A stretch of DNA of 64,000 nucleotides from assembly GCA_011109175.1 (NCBI GenBank), contig RDEW01000096.1:9604-73603 (forward strand). Direction: 5' to 3'. The notes under the pieces were generated by a model. It saw only the letters and a list, made by a program, of their open reading frames with translations. It was not told where the DNA came from and did not search any database. The stretch is from Dicyema japonicum. Taxonomy: Eukaryota; Animalia; Dicyemida. Of this stretch, positions 11,780 through 22,934 are shown one piece after another. Made by a program: the position numbers and the translations under genes. Positions within the stretch are counted from its first letter, which is position 1; every line of letters begins with the position of its first letter.

Positions 11780-14219
11780 TTGTGGAATCAGGTGTTCCTC
11801 ATTCTGGAGAGGGCAGTTTGTGCTAAGGTTTTCCTTCTTGTAATGTCTTCATGGTCTCCTAGAAGGGAGCCAAGCTTTTTGCACTTGCGCCAGTACTCCT
11901 CCGTCCTTGTTTCTTCCTCTTGAGTTCAGTTATCAGTCTTGTCCGGATTTAGTGTTAGGAATTATCCGGCTAGTCTTCCAGGCATTTCTTCCATCAAGCG
12001 GGTGAGCGGTATTTTGTCGTTTGAAATAAATTCTACGTCGTCAGCATACGCAATAATGTTTGTCTTTTCACCCATTATCGGTTTTGATTCCCGTAAAGCA
12101 TCGTCAATGTATATGACTAAAAGTATAGGTGATAATGGGTCTCCCTGTAGACTGCCAACAGTTGTCTCAAATCGGCGAGACAAGGCTCCCCCGACTCTTA
12201 CAGTGAGCCAAGTATCAGCTAGGAGGGTGGTGGCCATTCTGACAATGGAAGCGTCTAGGAAACTTTCCAAAACCAGTATTAGCCTCTTTCTGTCAACAGA
12301 GTCGAAGGCCCTCGAAATGTCGATTCCGAGATGGTTGTAGACATTTTTAACTTTTGAACGGCCGCAGATCTCCACTTGTGGGACCATAAAACATCGGAAG
12401 TAGATCTTCCTTTTCGGAATCCGCTGTGGTATAGCGACAGAAAAGTATCTAGGCGTCCTTCCATCCTTTGTAATGTTATGTTAGCCAGAATTCTCCCAAG
12501 TGAATTCATTAATATGACCGGACAGAGGTTCTCCATTTTAGCTCTTGGTTTATTCGCCTTCTGTACAGGTATCAAGATACCCTCTCCCAGGGTCAGCGTG
12601 TGACCATAATAGTACATATTATTCAGGATCCTAGCGATGCATTCATACAGCTTTTGGGTTCCATATTTGAAGAATTCACCACCAAGTCCGTCGGGCCAGG
12701 AGTCCTGTTGTTTTTCAACTTGGAACTCGCAAGTTCAACTTCATATGGTGTGATTTCTTCGTTCAAGGATGATAGTGTCGTTCTGGGATTGAAAAGTTTT
12801 CCAAAGTGGGCAGCGATAATTTCCGCCACTTCCCTTTGGTCCACAATCTGCGTTCCTTTGTCATCTCTTATTATTATCGGTTGATGGGGTCTCTTTCCTT
12901 TTATCTGTTTAACAGCCTCGTAAACTAGCGTTGTCCTTGAGAGATTCTATCTTCATCTGGTCCAGTGCTCTATTTCTGTCATGCTGGCGTATAGTTTTTC
13001 TTATTTTTGCTTTGATAGTTTTTTTCTAGCCGCAATTTTGATTTTACGTTCGAATCGTCAGTATTTTGATATAGCATCCAAATGGTCTTCTGTTTATTGG
13101 CAAGGTCCTTCACCGTGTAACTGTCATTGTGCGATGGGATTTTCTCATTTTCTTTCAATGCAGATTGGCTCCTTTATGTATTGACTGCTTTACAAAATCC
13201 CAGGATTTTCCGGGCGGCAAATCTGTAGGCATGTTTTCTAGTTCTGCATCCAGATATTCTTTGAATGCTAGGGCCCCTTCTGATTGACTGATTAAGGATT
13301 CCAAATTATAACGTCTATAGTTGGGTTCTGTGGTTTCAATGTGCTTCCATTTCGTTCTTTGTAGTACCATAAATCTCTTTAGAGAAAGTCTAGCAATAAC
13401 CATTTTGTGGTCGCTGTCATAATCGATCCACCATAAGCTCGTGCATCAAGTATAATTCTCTCGATCTTTTTGCCTGCATATTATATAGTCGATCTGGTTG
13501 TACATATTTATCACTCGCCCTTCGGGATTTGTTCTATATCCCGACCACGTAGATTTATGTCTGGCTGGATGCATGAAGGCTGTATTGCATAAAAATAGGT
13601 TATTTGTTTGACAGAAGTTAGCTAGTAAAGTTCCCGGGAGATTTCTTTTCCCCTACCATGCCTTTCCATAAATATCTAATCGGTTGTAACCTGGGTGCCA
13701 GCTTTCCCATTTAGGTCTTCTGCGATCTTTACTAATGTTGAGAGAGCATACTTGGAGAAGACGGCAGAAACTGGTGTAAAAGTCATCAATCTCCTCAGGG
13801 TTTTTATTAAGCCATCCACTGTGAGGGGCGTACACGTCTATTATAGTTAGATATTTCTTTGACGGGTTGAGGTCATCCAATTTCAATTGCAACACCCCGA
13901 TTCTATCATTCACACTGTAATATCGGCAGACTCTCTTGGATAGATTCCTGACGGCAAATCCTAGCCCATAGTGCTTGTTTCCACCTGGAAGGAAGATTAG
14001 GCGAAAGTTCCCATGTTGTTCTTCGATCCCGTTGATTAGTTTGGTCTTCTGAAGGCAGGCGATTGAAATCTTGTATTTTGAAAGATCCTCGACCAGTTCT
14101 TTCCGTTTCCAAACGCTAGAGAGTCCCCTGACGTTAAACGTGAGAAGGGAGAAGTCAAATGGCTTGATACTGTGTTTTCCAGACATTGAGTTCAAGAGCC
14201 ACGTCACCAGCTCAACCAA
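11780..14219 (-). mobile_element. RTE-clade non-LTR retrotransposon (APE plus RT), decayed
   Basis: TFNVRGL, VYAPH, NQIDYI, GFRKGRST, DISRAFDS, QGDPLSP and AYADD. Confidence 0.9.
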
Positions 14220-16045
14220 AAAAAGCCACGAGTGAAAGGCAAACTGGTCGCTGTAAAAAGAGCATAACTCGCCACAATTAAAATGATATTAAGCAAGCCA
14301 TTAATATGAAGAATACGTGACATTTCCATATTTAATCAAATATTTTGCGACGAGTTGATGCCTAGCCGTCTCGTCCATCTAATCGCATTTTCTGCCTTTA
14401 TGTTCATGTCGATTTCTCTGTTCAGTTCTCATATTTTTCTGATAATCTCTTCTGTTAGCGATTTTACCATCTTTAAATTATTTTGTTCTCTGATCAAATG
14501 TTCCGTCGTTGTGTTGAAAAAGAGGATAAAATTTATCGTCTAATTAAATGATCCCGGTGTCCATAGCAGTACTTTTCCTGCGGTTAGTTTTGGAATCCTG
14601 GATTAATCTCCATAACGGGGAAGGTTTCTTCTCATATCTCGGGCAGTCTGATGTGCGGTCCAAGGAGATAATCAGAAAACTTTGCCATCTGAGGAAGTCC
14701 CGGTGACGTTCCGTAAGGTATTCAATGATTTAGTGGACGTTTAGTGTTCTCCGTAGTAACGAGGTGGACGTCTTTTTCGACGATCTCAATAGAATCCTGA
14801 GACATAGATTTTGTAAACTTCCAGTTTGCTCTGTGCCGATATTTTGTTCGAAAGCCTCTCAATTTATCTTTAAGTCTCTCTGCTCAGGTAGCTTAACTTT
14901 CAGATGCTCCATATCTCTGACGATTCTGTTAGTTGTGGAATCATCTTAATCAATACAAGAAGGATATGCAGAGCATGTTAAAACCGTTTGTGAGGGTATT
15001 CCCAGTACACCTATGCGAACTGGTTGCTTGGTCCCACCCTTGGTCGTAAAATTAAAATTCGTAAGCCGTTCGATTGTGATCCGGAAGAGAGAATCGGTCG
15101 TATTGAGCAGTTATATTTTATTAATCCCATGCTTACAATCTTTGGTGATTCCAGCTCAGACAGTCACAACTAATTAATCCAAGGGAGAAACACAAGGGAG
15201 AACGTCTGTTTCTGCTTACCAAATCCATTCTCCAATAGTCCATTACAGACTTTTGTCTCAGAAGAGAGGTGAAACATTTAGTCAGCCCTTTTCCATTTTC
15301 ATCACATGTAGTACCACATTATTAGGTTTAAGAAATTTGTGTTTCTTAGTATTCTTAGGTGTAAGAAATTCCATAATAGCAATCTAAAAATTAGTTTTAA
15401 CTTATAAGTAATTAAAATAATTAGTGATGAGATAATATGGTTAGAAGACTATTTGGTTGTTAGTCTCTAATATTTTACTATGAGAAGTTTGAATCCAGTC
15501 AGACACACAACTTAGAGAAACCTGACGATAGGTTTATGATGGTTAATTTATTTTAAAATAGAATAATCAGTTAATTTATCCCCAGTAAAGCATATTTAAA
15601 ACTGCCATCCATCCAAAGTGGATGGTTAATTATTATGTTTTTTCAGTGTATAAGTTAAATAGCACCTAGCTTCCACATTGCCATCAAGGATATCTTTTTT
15701 AAAATTAGAAATCTATTCGATATATTTGGTTTATTAATATATATTGGGAAATTGAATTTTTATTGTGATTCGTAATAACTTGCTAAAATTCGTTCATGAA
15801 TTGTGCATTCTATAGCAATTAAGCAAATTTGTCAAGTTCACTGCATTTTTCTAGGAGCAACGTTGTAAAATACAGATTTAAATATTAGAGTGCTCCTTTT
15901 TTGACACATTTTACTTTTCCACCTATTTCAAACAATAAATATGGATACTCAAATAAGCACTCAGTAAGCTAAATTTATTATTTTCCTAGGACAAAGTCAA
16001 GTACTTATCAACACACATAAAGACGATAAAAATTAAATTTCCCTC

Positions 16046-16682
16046 CTAAATATCAAATCTTGTGGACAAAATATAATCAATAATACAATCTGTCGGTTCA
16101 GTGGGAATATCCTCAAAAATTTGTTCATTAAAGGCTAAAGAAAAAGTCCTCGGCCTAATTACGCCTTTCCATGAATTCAAATACCTATCATAATATCCTC
16201 GACCTCTCCCCATTCGCTTACCGCACATAGTAAAGGCAACTCCGGGTACTACAAGGACATCCAAACCTTCTAGTATAAAGCTCACTCAAACCGGAGTCTT
16301 CAGCCTCGACTTTGTTCTCGACTTGTTCATGCTGAAAAAATTTCATTGAACTTTTTCTTAGTGAAGCAAAGTCACTCACTCCATCCAATCTGAGCATCCT
16401 CATGGGCCCAATTTCTGGGCAATAAGGAATGAAGCAGCTCTTGTTATCTCTGAAGGCTGAAGTGATGATTTTATTGGTTGAGACTTCGCTTGGGATGCTC
16501 ACGTAGAAACCAATATTCTTGGAGTCCTTGTATAGTTGGGTTTGTAAGAACTAAATTGGATACAGATTTCGGCTTACTTTCTCTTGGACTATATCTGACT
16601 GACGTTGTCGTTCGCCCTTGCTTAGTTTTGCTATGATGTTTAGAGCTTCACGTCTAAAATCAGTTTTAGATAGAGACTGCAT
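16046..16682 (-). CDS. MTHFS: 5-formyltetrahydrofolate cyclo-ligase, 3 exons, ~195 aa
   Basis: Introns 16551-16577 (27 nt, contains an in-frame TAG) and 16270-16291 (22 nt; 25 nt also possible). Motifs EVST, CFIP, LDVLVVPGVAF, RMGRGRGYYDRYL, LAFNEQ and IPTEPTD. Confidence 0.95.
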
Positions 16683-16836
16683 AACATAACCGCAAATAAA
16701 CTTAAAATTTTATTTATTTTTTAATATGGTTGGCTTAATTATATTAAAAAGAATTATTACTAATATTATAAAATAAGGCTAAGGAACGATTGACTTATTT
16801 AAATCAAAATGAAGTGTAGAATGCGCTCAGTGTAGA

Positions 16837-19190
16837 ATGACATCAAAAAGAACCATTTGCTCTTCCCCACCCAGACTCCTTATGCCTGGATGGTATACCT
16901 CAACTGACAACTCGAGATGTTGTTTGTTCCCCTGGATTCTATTGCTTTCTGGAGATATTGAACAAAACCCTGGACCAAAACCCTTTGTTTTTATGCAACT
17001 CAATGCTAACGGTATAAAAACAAAGATTCTGGAGTCACGATGTTTATTATCGAAGCACAAGATTGACATTTCCCTTATCCAGGAGTCAAAACTTTCTACA
17101 AAGAGTACAACCCCACTTTTTCCTGGATATATCTCTATCAGAAAAGACCGTATCGAACGTGGTGGCGGCTTACTTACCACTATTAAAGACGGTTTATCTT
17201 TCTACGATGTGAGCTCGCAAGTGGATGATTTAATTCTACACGACAGGACCGCGGAACAAATTTCTATTGATCCTATTAATGGATCAGAACATCTATTTCT
17301 AATCAACATTTACATACCACCGCCGGATCTCTAATAACTATGTTCCGAAGCTTGACAAACTACAAGAAATTCTAACTGTGTTACTATGTGGGGATTTCAA
17401 CACCAAACATTCGCAATGGCTCAATATCCAGTCGGCAGACAAGAAGGGGAGTCTAATTATCGACTCTCGAAAAAATGGTGATTCTGAATCACCCGAACAT
17501 CTTTACAAGGACACCAGTCCAAAGAAATGACAACCCAACCTTTCCGACATATCCATTGCTTCCTTTAGGATTTCCCGAAGATTTAATGGAACGTCTCCTA
17601 CGATTTTCATAGTGATCATAATCCGATTATATTAAAACTGAGCCGATTCAATAACTCACATAGAATTAAAACAACCTTCAAGGTCTACAAGAAAGCTGAC
17701 TAGTCGAATTTCAAGCTCTTCGTTGACCATAACCTAATACATTTGATCCCACCTCATTTTGCTCCATCGACAAAGCAGTGGACCATCTAAACCATGTAAT
17801 CCTTCAAGCTGAAAAATTGTTTGTACCACGTGCAGTTTAAAATCTTACAAGCCTACTCTGGACTCGGAGACTTGTCAAACAAAGAAACTCCCTGAAGATG
17901 AATATCTGCAAACCTGATTTGCAAAATATAAAATGCTTATATCAGATAATTACAAAACTAATCAGAGAAAAGAAAGATGTGGCATGGAACGCCTATTATC
18001 ATCTGTTGGACATATAAAATCCACGAGTCTTTTATGGAAAACTATTCTTCAAATCAATTCAAACTTATTAGATGTATAGAATCTTTTTCTGCTCCAAATA
18101 CTGTGCAAGCTAACAACCCAATGAAATATTACGCATCCATGAGTCACATGGACCTCTCGAAATCCCATTCTTGTCACCTTCAGAATTTAATCAATTTTTA
18201 ATTTGTATTCTAACAAGAACGTCATCCCATGCAAATGGAAGAACTCATTTATAATACCCCTCCTAAAACTAGGAAAACCGAAAACCTTACCTTCTTCTAC
18301 CGTCCAATTTCATTAACGTGTTCATTATCGCGCCTAATGGAGAAATTCGTACTCTGGAAAATTAAACCCCATTTGCCCGACTGCCACTTTCAACATGGTT
18401 TCAGATATGAGCGTTCAACTACGACACATTTGACTTTACTGTCTCAATTTATATCAGAAGGGTTCAACGAACTGAAACGCCATTTACGGACAATAGTGAT
18501 CTCCCTGGACATTTAAAAGGCGTTCGATTCTGTCCCGAGAACATTACTCACGAAAAAGGTTTTTGACACTACCATTCAGCCGGCTTTGAAAAGATTTTCT
18601 CTCCGGAAGAAAAGACGTGTCTGTATAGGCCACGCAAGATCGAGGTCCCGTCTCCTACCAAATGGCGTCCCTCGAGGATCCCCCTCTCTCCGGCGTTATT
18701 AAATTTATTCCTAAACGATTTACCCTGCCCTGGAGGACCAGATTCAAATGCTTCTCACTTATGCTGACGACCTAGTCATCGCTAGCAGAACAAATACGTG
18801 GATATGGCAAAATTAGAGCTTCAGTCACATATTGACGACCTGGGAGCCTGGTTGAATTTGAATCGTCTCTCCATATCCAGGGATAAATCAACGTATACAA
18901 TTTTCACCACAGACGAAAAAGAAATTCATACACTGGATTTGAACATTTATAGACTCTTTAACATTACAAATTCATCCAACTATTCTGGGAGTGACTTTCG
19001 ACCCTTTGATGACAATTTCTCAACATGTAAAGAACGTCATGACAAAGGGTCTCAAGAAACTAAGTATAATCAAACCGCTCTCAAGTCCAGGCCGTCACGG
19101 GAATGCGCTGTCTTCTTGTTCAATCAACTTCTAAAACCGACGGTAGAGTATGCTTGTGCCTCATGGGCTATGGAGCTTCAATATCTAATT
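16837..19190 (+). mobile_element. Ingi/I-group non-LTR element (2A peptide, APE, RT), decayed
   Basis: LLLSGDIEQNPGP directly before QLNANG..IQESKL..GGGL; further on GDFN, SDH, YRPISL, QHGFR and TYADD. Confidence 0.85.
16939..16977 (+). other. 2A StopGo (ribosome-skipping) peptide
   Basis: LLLSGDIEQNPGP fits the D(V/I)ExNPG-P consensus with the upstream LLLxG. Confidence 0.9.
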
Positions 19191-19619
19191 CATACAAGAT
19201 CAACCCTAGCAGGCAAACTTTCACGTCTAACAAATTTACCCCCGATCTTTTTCCCCCAATGGTTGACTACGCCGCAATCAAAAATAACGGCTCCAGCTTC
19301 ATCTGTCTGTATGGTCAAAAAACAAATCGTTTTCTTCCATTCAAGGCTAGAGGCCTCAAATACACGAAACCTGGGGAAAAAAAAACCCACCCCTCTTCAA
19401 ACTCTAATGAAATCTGATCGTCATCTATTCAGGAAAGCCGTACTTTGAAGGAACATAGGAAAAACCTCTCGATTTTGTTGAGGCGTACCGGGATCACTTT
19501 ATTAGTTGGTTTACTCCTTTTTTCTTAGTGTTCCCTTTTCGGGGTTATTAAATAAATAAAAATCAAAACGAAGTACTATGTGAATATTATTCATAAAGCA
19601 TTTTCAAAACACCTGGATG

Positions 19620-20700
19620 TTCATTCTGGCAATGGTTGAAGGAATAAATGTCCCGACATTACTATCTTCAATTCTTCAATGGTGCAATCAGTAATTAGGA
19701 AAATGAATAACTCGTCCCCCCGCGGTTCAGATGACATCTCTATTCTCGAACTGAATCACCTGGGTCTTTCCGCGACAGCCGCAATGACATAAATTTTCAA
19801 CTTCTCAATTAACGAGAACAAGATTCCGTCAATATAAGAGAAATCACTGATACACCCTATCCTGAAGAAAAAAACAACCAAACTTCCCGTCCCCCTACCG
19901 ACCGGTATCCATCACCTATGCCTTATCACGAGTGTTAGAAAAACTGGTCCTTCTCAAGATCTGTCTTTTCATAGCTCTACAACCTTTTCTACACGGATTC
20001 TGCAAAAGACACTCAACAACAACTCATTCAACAAAACTGGTTCAATTAATTTTGGACGGCCTGAATACCCCAAATCCACACGAGAATCGTGCTGGTCTCA
20101 GTGGATGTGGAGAAGGCTTTTGACTCAATATCCCGGAAGATCCTTACAGCAAAAATTTTTACGACGTCGATCTACCCTAAGTTCAAATCATGTTTGGCTA
20201 ACTTCATCAACGGTCAAATGGGCCAAGTAGTGGCAAACAACCAAAAATCAAAACAGCGATACTTTCCAAATGGAGTTCCACAAGGATTCTTCTATCGTAT
20301 ACGGATGATCTAGTGGTCGCAGTGAAACATTGAAGAATCTAGGAGGCGACACGATCCATGCAAGACCTACTAAACCAGAAGTGTTTTTGGTTCCTGAAGA
20401 ACCGTCCGAATATATCAACAGAAAATTCACATGTAATGACGTTCACCTCAGCACGAAAATAATTACGGGCAGCACCACGAGTAACATTATATGACTCCCC
20501 GCTTCCCATTAAAAAAACCTTTTAAATCCTTGGAGTCATCCTGGATCCTCTACTCACATTTACCTATCAAGTGGACCTAGTAACCGCGAGAATCCAAAAG
20601 AAAATTGGAATCCTCAAATCGTTCACTCACTCTCCAGTATCTTTAGAGCTTATATACAAACAATTTGTTCTACCTAGAATCGAGTAAGCCTGTGCTGCAG
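19620..20700 (+). mobile_element. non-LTR RT fragment, same group as 16837-19190
   Basis: YRPVS, HGF..HSTTT, VDVEKAFDS, NGVPQG and YTDD. Confidence 0.8.
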
Positions 20701-21936
20701 TTCAAAAAATATTTTTTCACTGAAAAAGTATTAAAAATATTGTCTTTAATTCTAGACCCTCTGTTATTAACAATATTTTGTGAGTTAAATTTTGGTCAAA
20801 GATTTCTGTTCCTTATCATCCCTTGTATCAGTAGAATAGCATAATGTGATAAATGTCTCAGATGCTATGCAAGGGCTGCTAGAAAAAGGAGCATTTGGTA
20901 TTCTTTATTCAACAAGGGTTCCCATGAGTACAAAGTAAAGATAGAATCTTTCCTTTCGCTTGTGCAAATTGGGATTGTGAGATATTAGAAGATCATCGCG
21001 TCTGTGACAGTAAACTGAATACAATTAATTATTAACTTCTTTCTCGGTGATCCGAGGGTTTTAATTCGACCCATCAACTTTGATTTCTAATTTTATATTT
21101 TTGCAGTTTAATTTTGTTCAAACTCATAAAGATGGAAAATGAGATAACAGTGAATTAGAATTACGTCACATGATCGCATCAAACAAATTGAGGTTAGATG
21201 TGTCACTATTATTACCTTCTCTTAAAAAATTATCTCTATTACAATTCACAAATGATGATTATTGTCCTGGAACATTCCGAAGTTGTCCCAAACATACATG
21301 ATTAAGTAAAAATAACTTACATCAAATCAGACATATTGAATAAATCTATAAGGAGTTTGTCTCTAAACACAAACATGGAATCAAAATTACTGATGAAAGT
21401 CACCAATGTGTACTTGTGCAACTGACGTGTGGTAGCATGAAACACATCCTAGATTGGAAAAGGATTCGGAAAGAAACGAGACGACTCACTTGAATATAGA
21501 GAAATGGGAATAGGATGAGTGGGCTTATAGTTTTTGAAAGTCTCTGTCCTTGTAACAAAAGTAAAGAAAGTGACCAAAGCGTTTATTATCGAATCCAATC
21601 AGATAACTATTAGAGAATATTATTAAGGAAATCAAAAGATAATGTAAACAGAATTTCACGAAAATGTAAATAATAAAACCACCATAACTAATTCTATAAA
21701 AAACTATAACTTACGATCTCTGAATGATTCTGTTGCATGTATTATTGAAATGTACTCAAAAATAGAAAAATTATAATTTTTAAGAAAATAATAAAAACAT
21801 AAAACAAATTGGTGACTTACATATCAAAGTTTTGATTATGGGCAAATCATAAGTTATATTAAGAGTAAGTCTAATAGTAACGAAAAATTTCATTAAGCAA
21901 AGCATATTAAATCATTGCTATGAATAAAATGAGCGT

Positions 21937-22202
21937 TCAGGCGTCATTAGTGGGTGGAGGCATCCAGAAGGAGTCATGAGGGATATTGTAGTAAGTGGCA
22001 TGTTCAGATCCTGTCGCGTTATTCAAAAAGGATTCCCTGTCCATTTCTGGGTGTAATTGGGACAAGGCCATGAACTGGTCTTCTGAATCGAAGAACTTTT
22101 TCTGTGCACTTTGTCTCTTCTTGAAGTATTGATTATCCAGAAGATTTCCAGTAGTAATTCTAAAATTATTTTTATTAATTTATACGTCGGGTTACTGGAC
22201 AT
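21937..22202 (-). CDS. ENSA: endosulfine (ENSA/ARPP19 family), divergent, 79 aa, 2 exons; absent from the ORF track
   Basis: Intron 22160-22185 (26 nt). Product MSSNPTITTGNLLDNQYFKKRQSAQKKFFDSEDQFMALSQ..ATGSEHATYYNIP.. aligns with [35 protein letters not shown]. Confidence 0.75.
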
Positions 22203-22399
22203 TTTTTATAAAAAACGAATTTTGTAGTAAAATATTTTATTAATTTTAAAATTTATAAAAACAAAATTAATTTAATTTCTAATATAACTAAACTCATTTT
22301 TTTATATCCTATCTAATAATATTTTTATATTTTTACACACAGGTAAATTATAATTTAGCGTAGCGTTGTGTAATTCACCAGTTCTGTAAGTATTGGTAA

Positions 22400-22850
22400 C
22401 GCCTAGAGGGCACCTAATCTTCCTCCAAAGAGAACCATTAAACAATTACCTCAGAGAAAACTGTCTCTTCGGCGGCACGCGCTTTCAACCTCATCTATCT
22501 GGAAGGAACCTCCAGCTCACCATATATTGGAACTGCTCTCTCCTGGAACTATGAACTAAAAAACATGGAGGTCAAAGCACAAAAACGAGATGGAAGCATG
22601 TGCTCTCTTCGTTGAATAGAAATATATTTACTACTGAAATTTGGAAGTCCAATCGAGACGCTTCATAGAGGATGAAAGATCATTTGAGGTGGATCACAGC
22701 CTAAAGGACTTAAATAACCTAATAAAATATTATGTGTAAATATTCCATAAAGACCATAAGAAGTCAGGTGTACTAAACCAAAAAGGATATGATTTACTTT
22801 ACTGAAACGACGTGAGAAATGAATTGAAAGCCATTAAAACAACCTATTCT
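22400..22850 (+). mobile_element. possible Penelope-like remnant
   Basis: PYIG and RMKDHLR fragments resemble the RT thumb and GIY-YIG regions. Confidence 0.35.
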
Positions 22851-22934
22851 AACGGACCGGATAAGATCCCAATGATCCTCTTAAATAATCTTGGGGATAA
22901 TTGAATTGTGCATTGACGAGAATATTGAAACACT

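Noticed and set aside
20700-21895. Possible spliced minus-strand gene downstream of endosulfine
   Set aside because: Intron-like segments exist, but the best frame ends early and has no recognisable homology.
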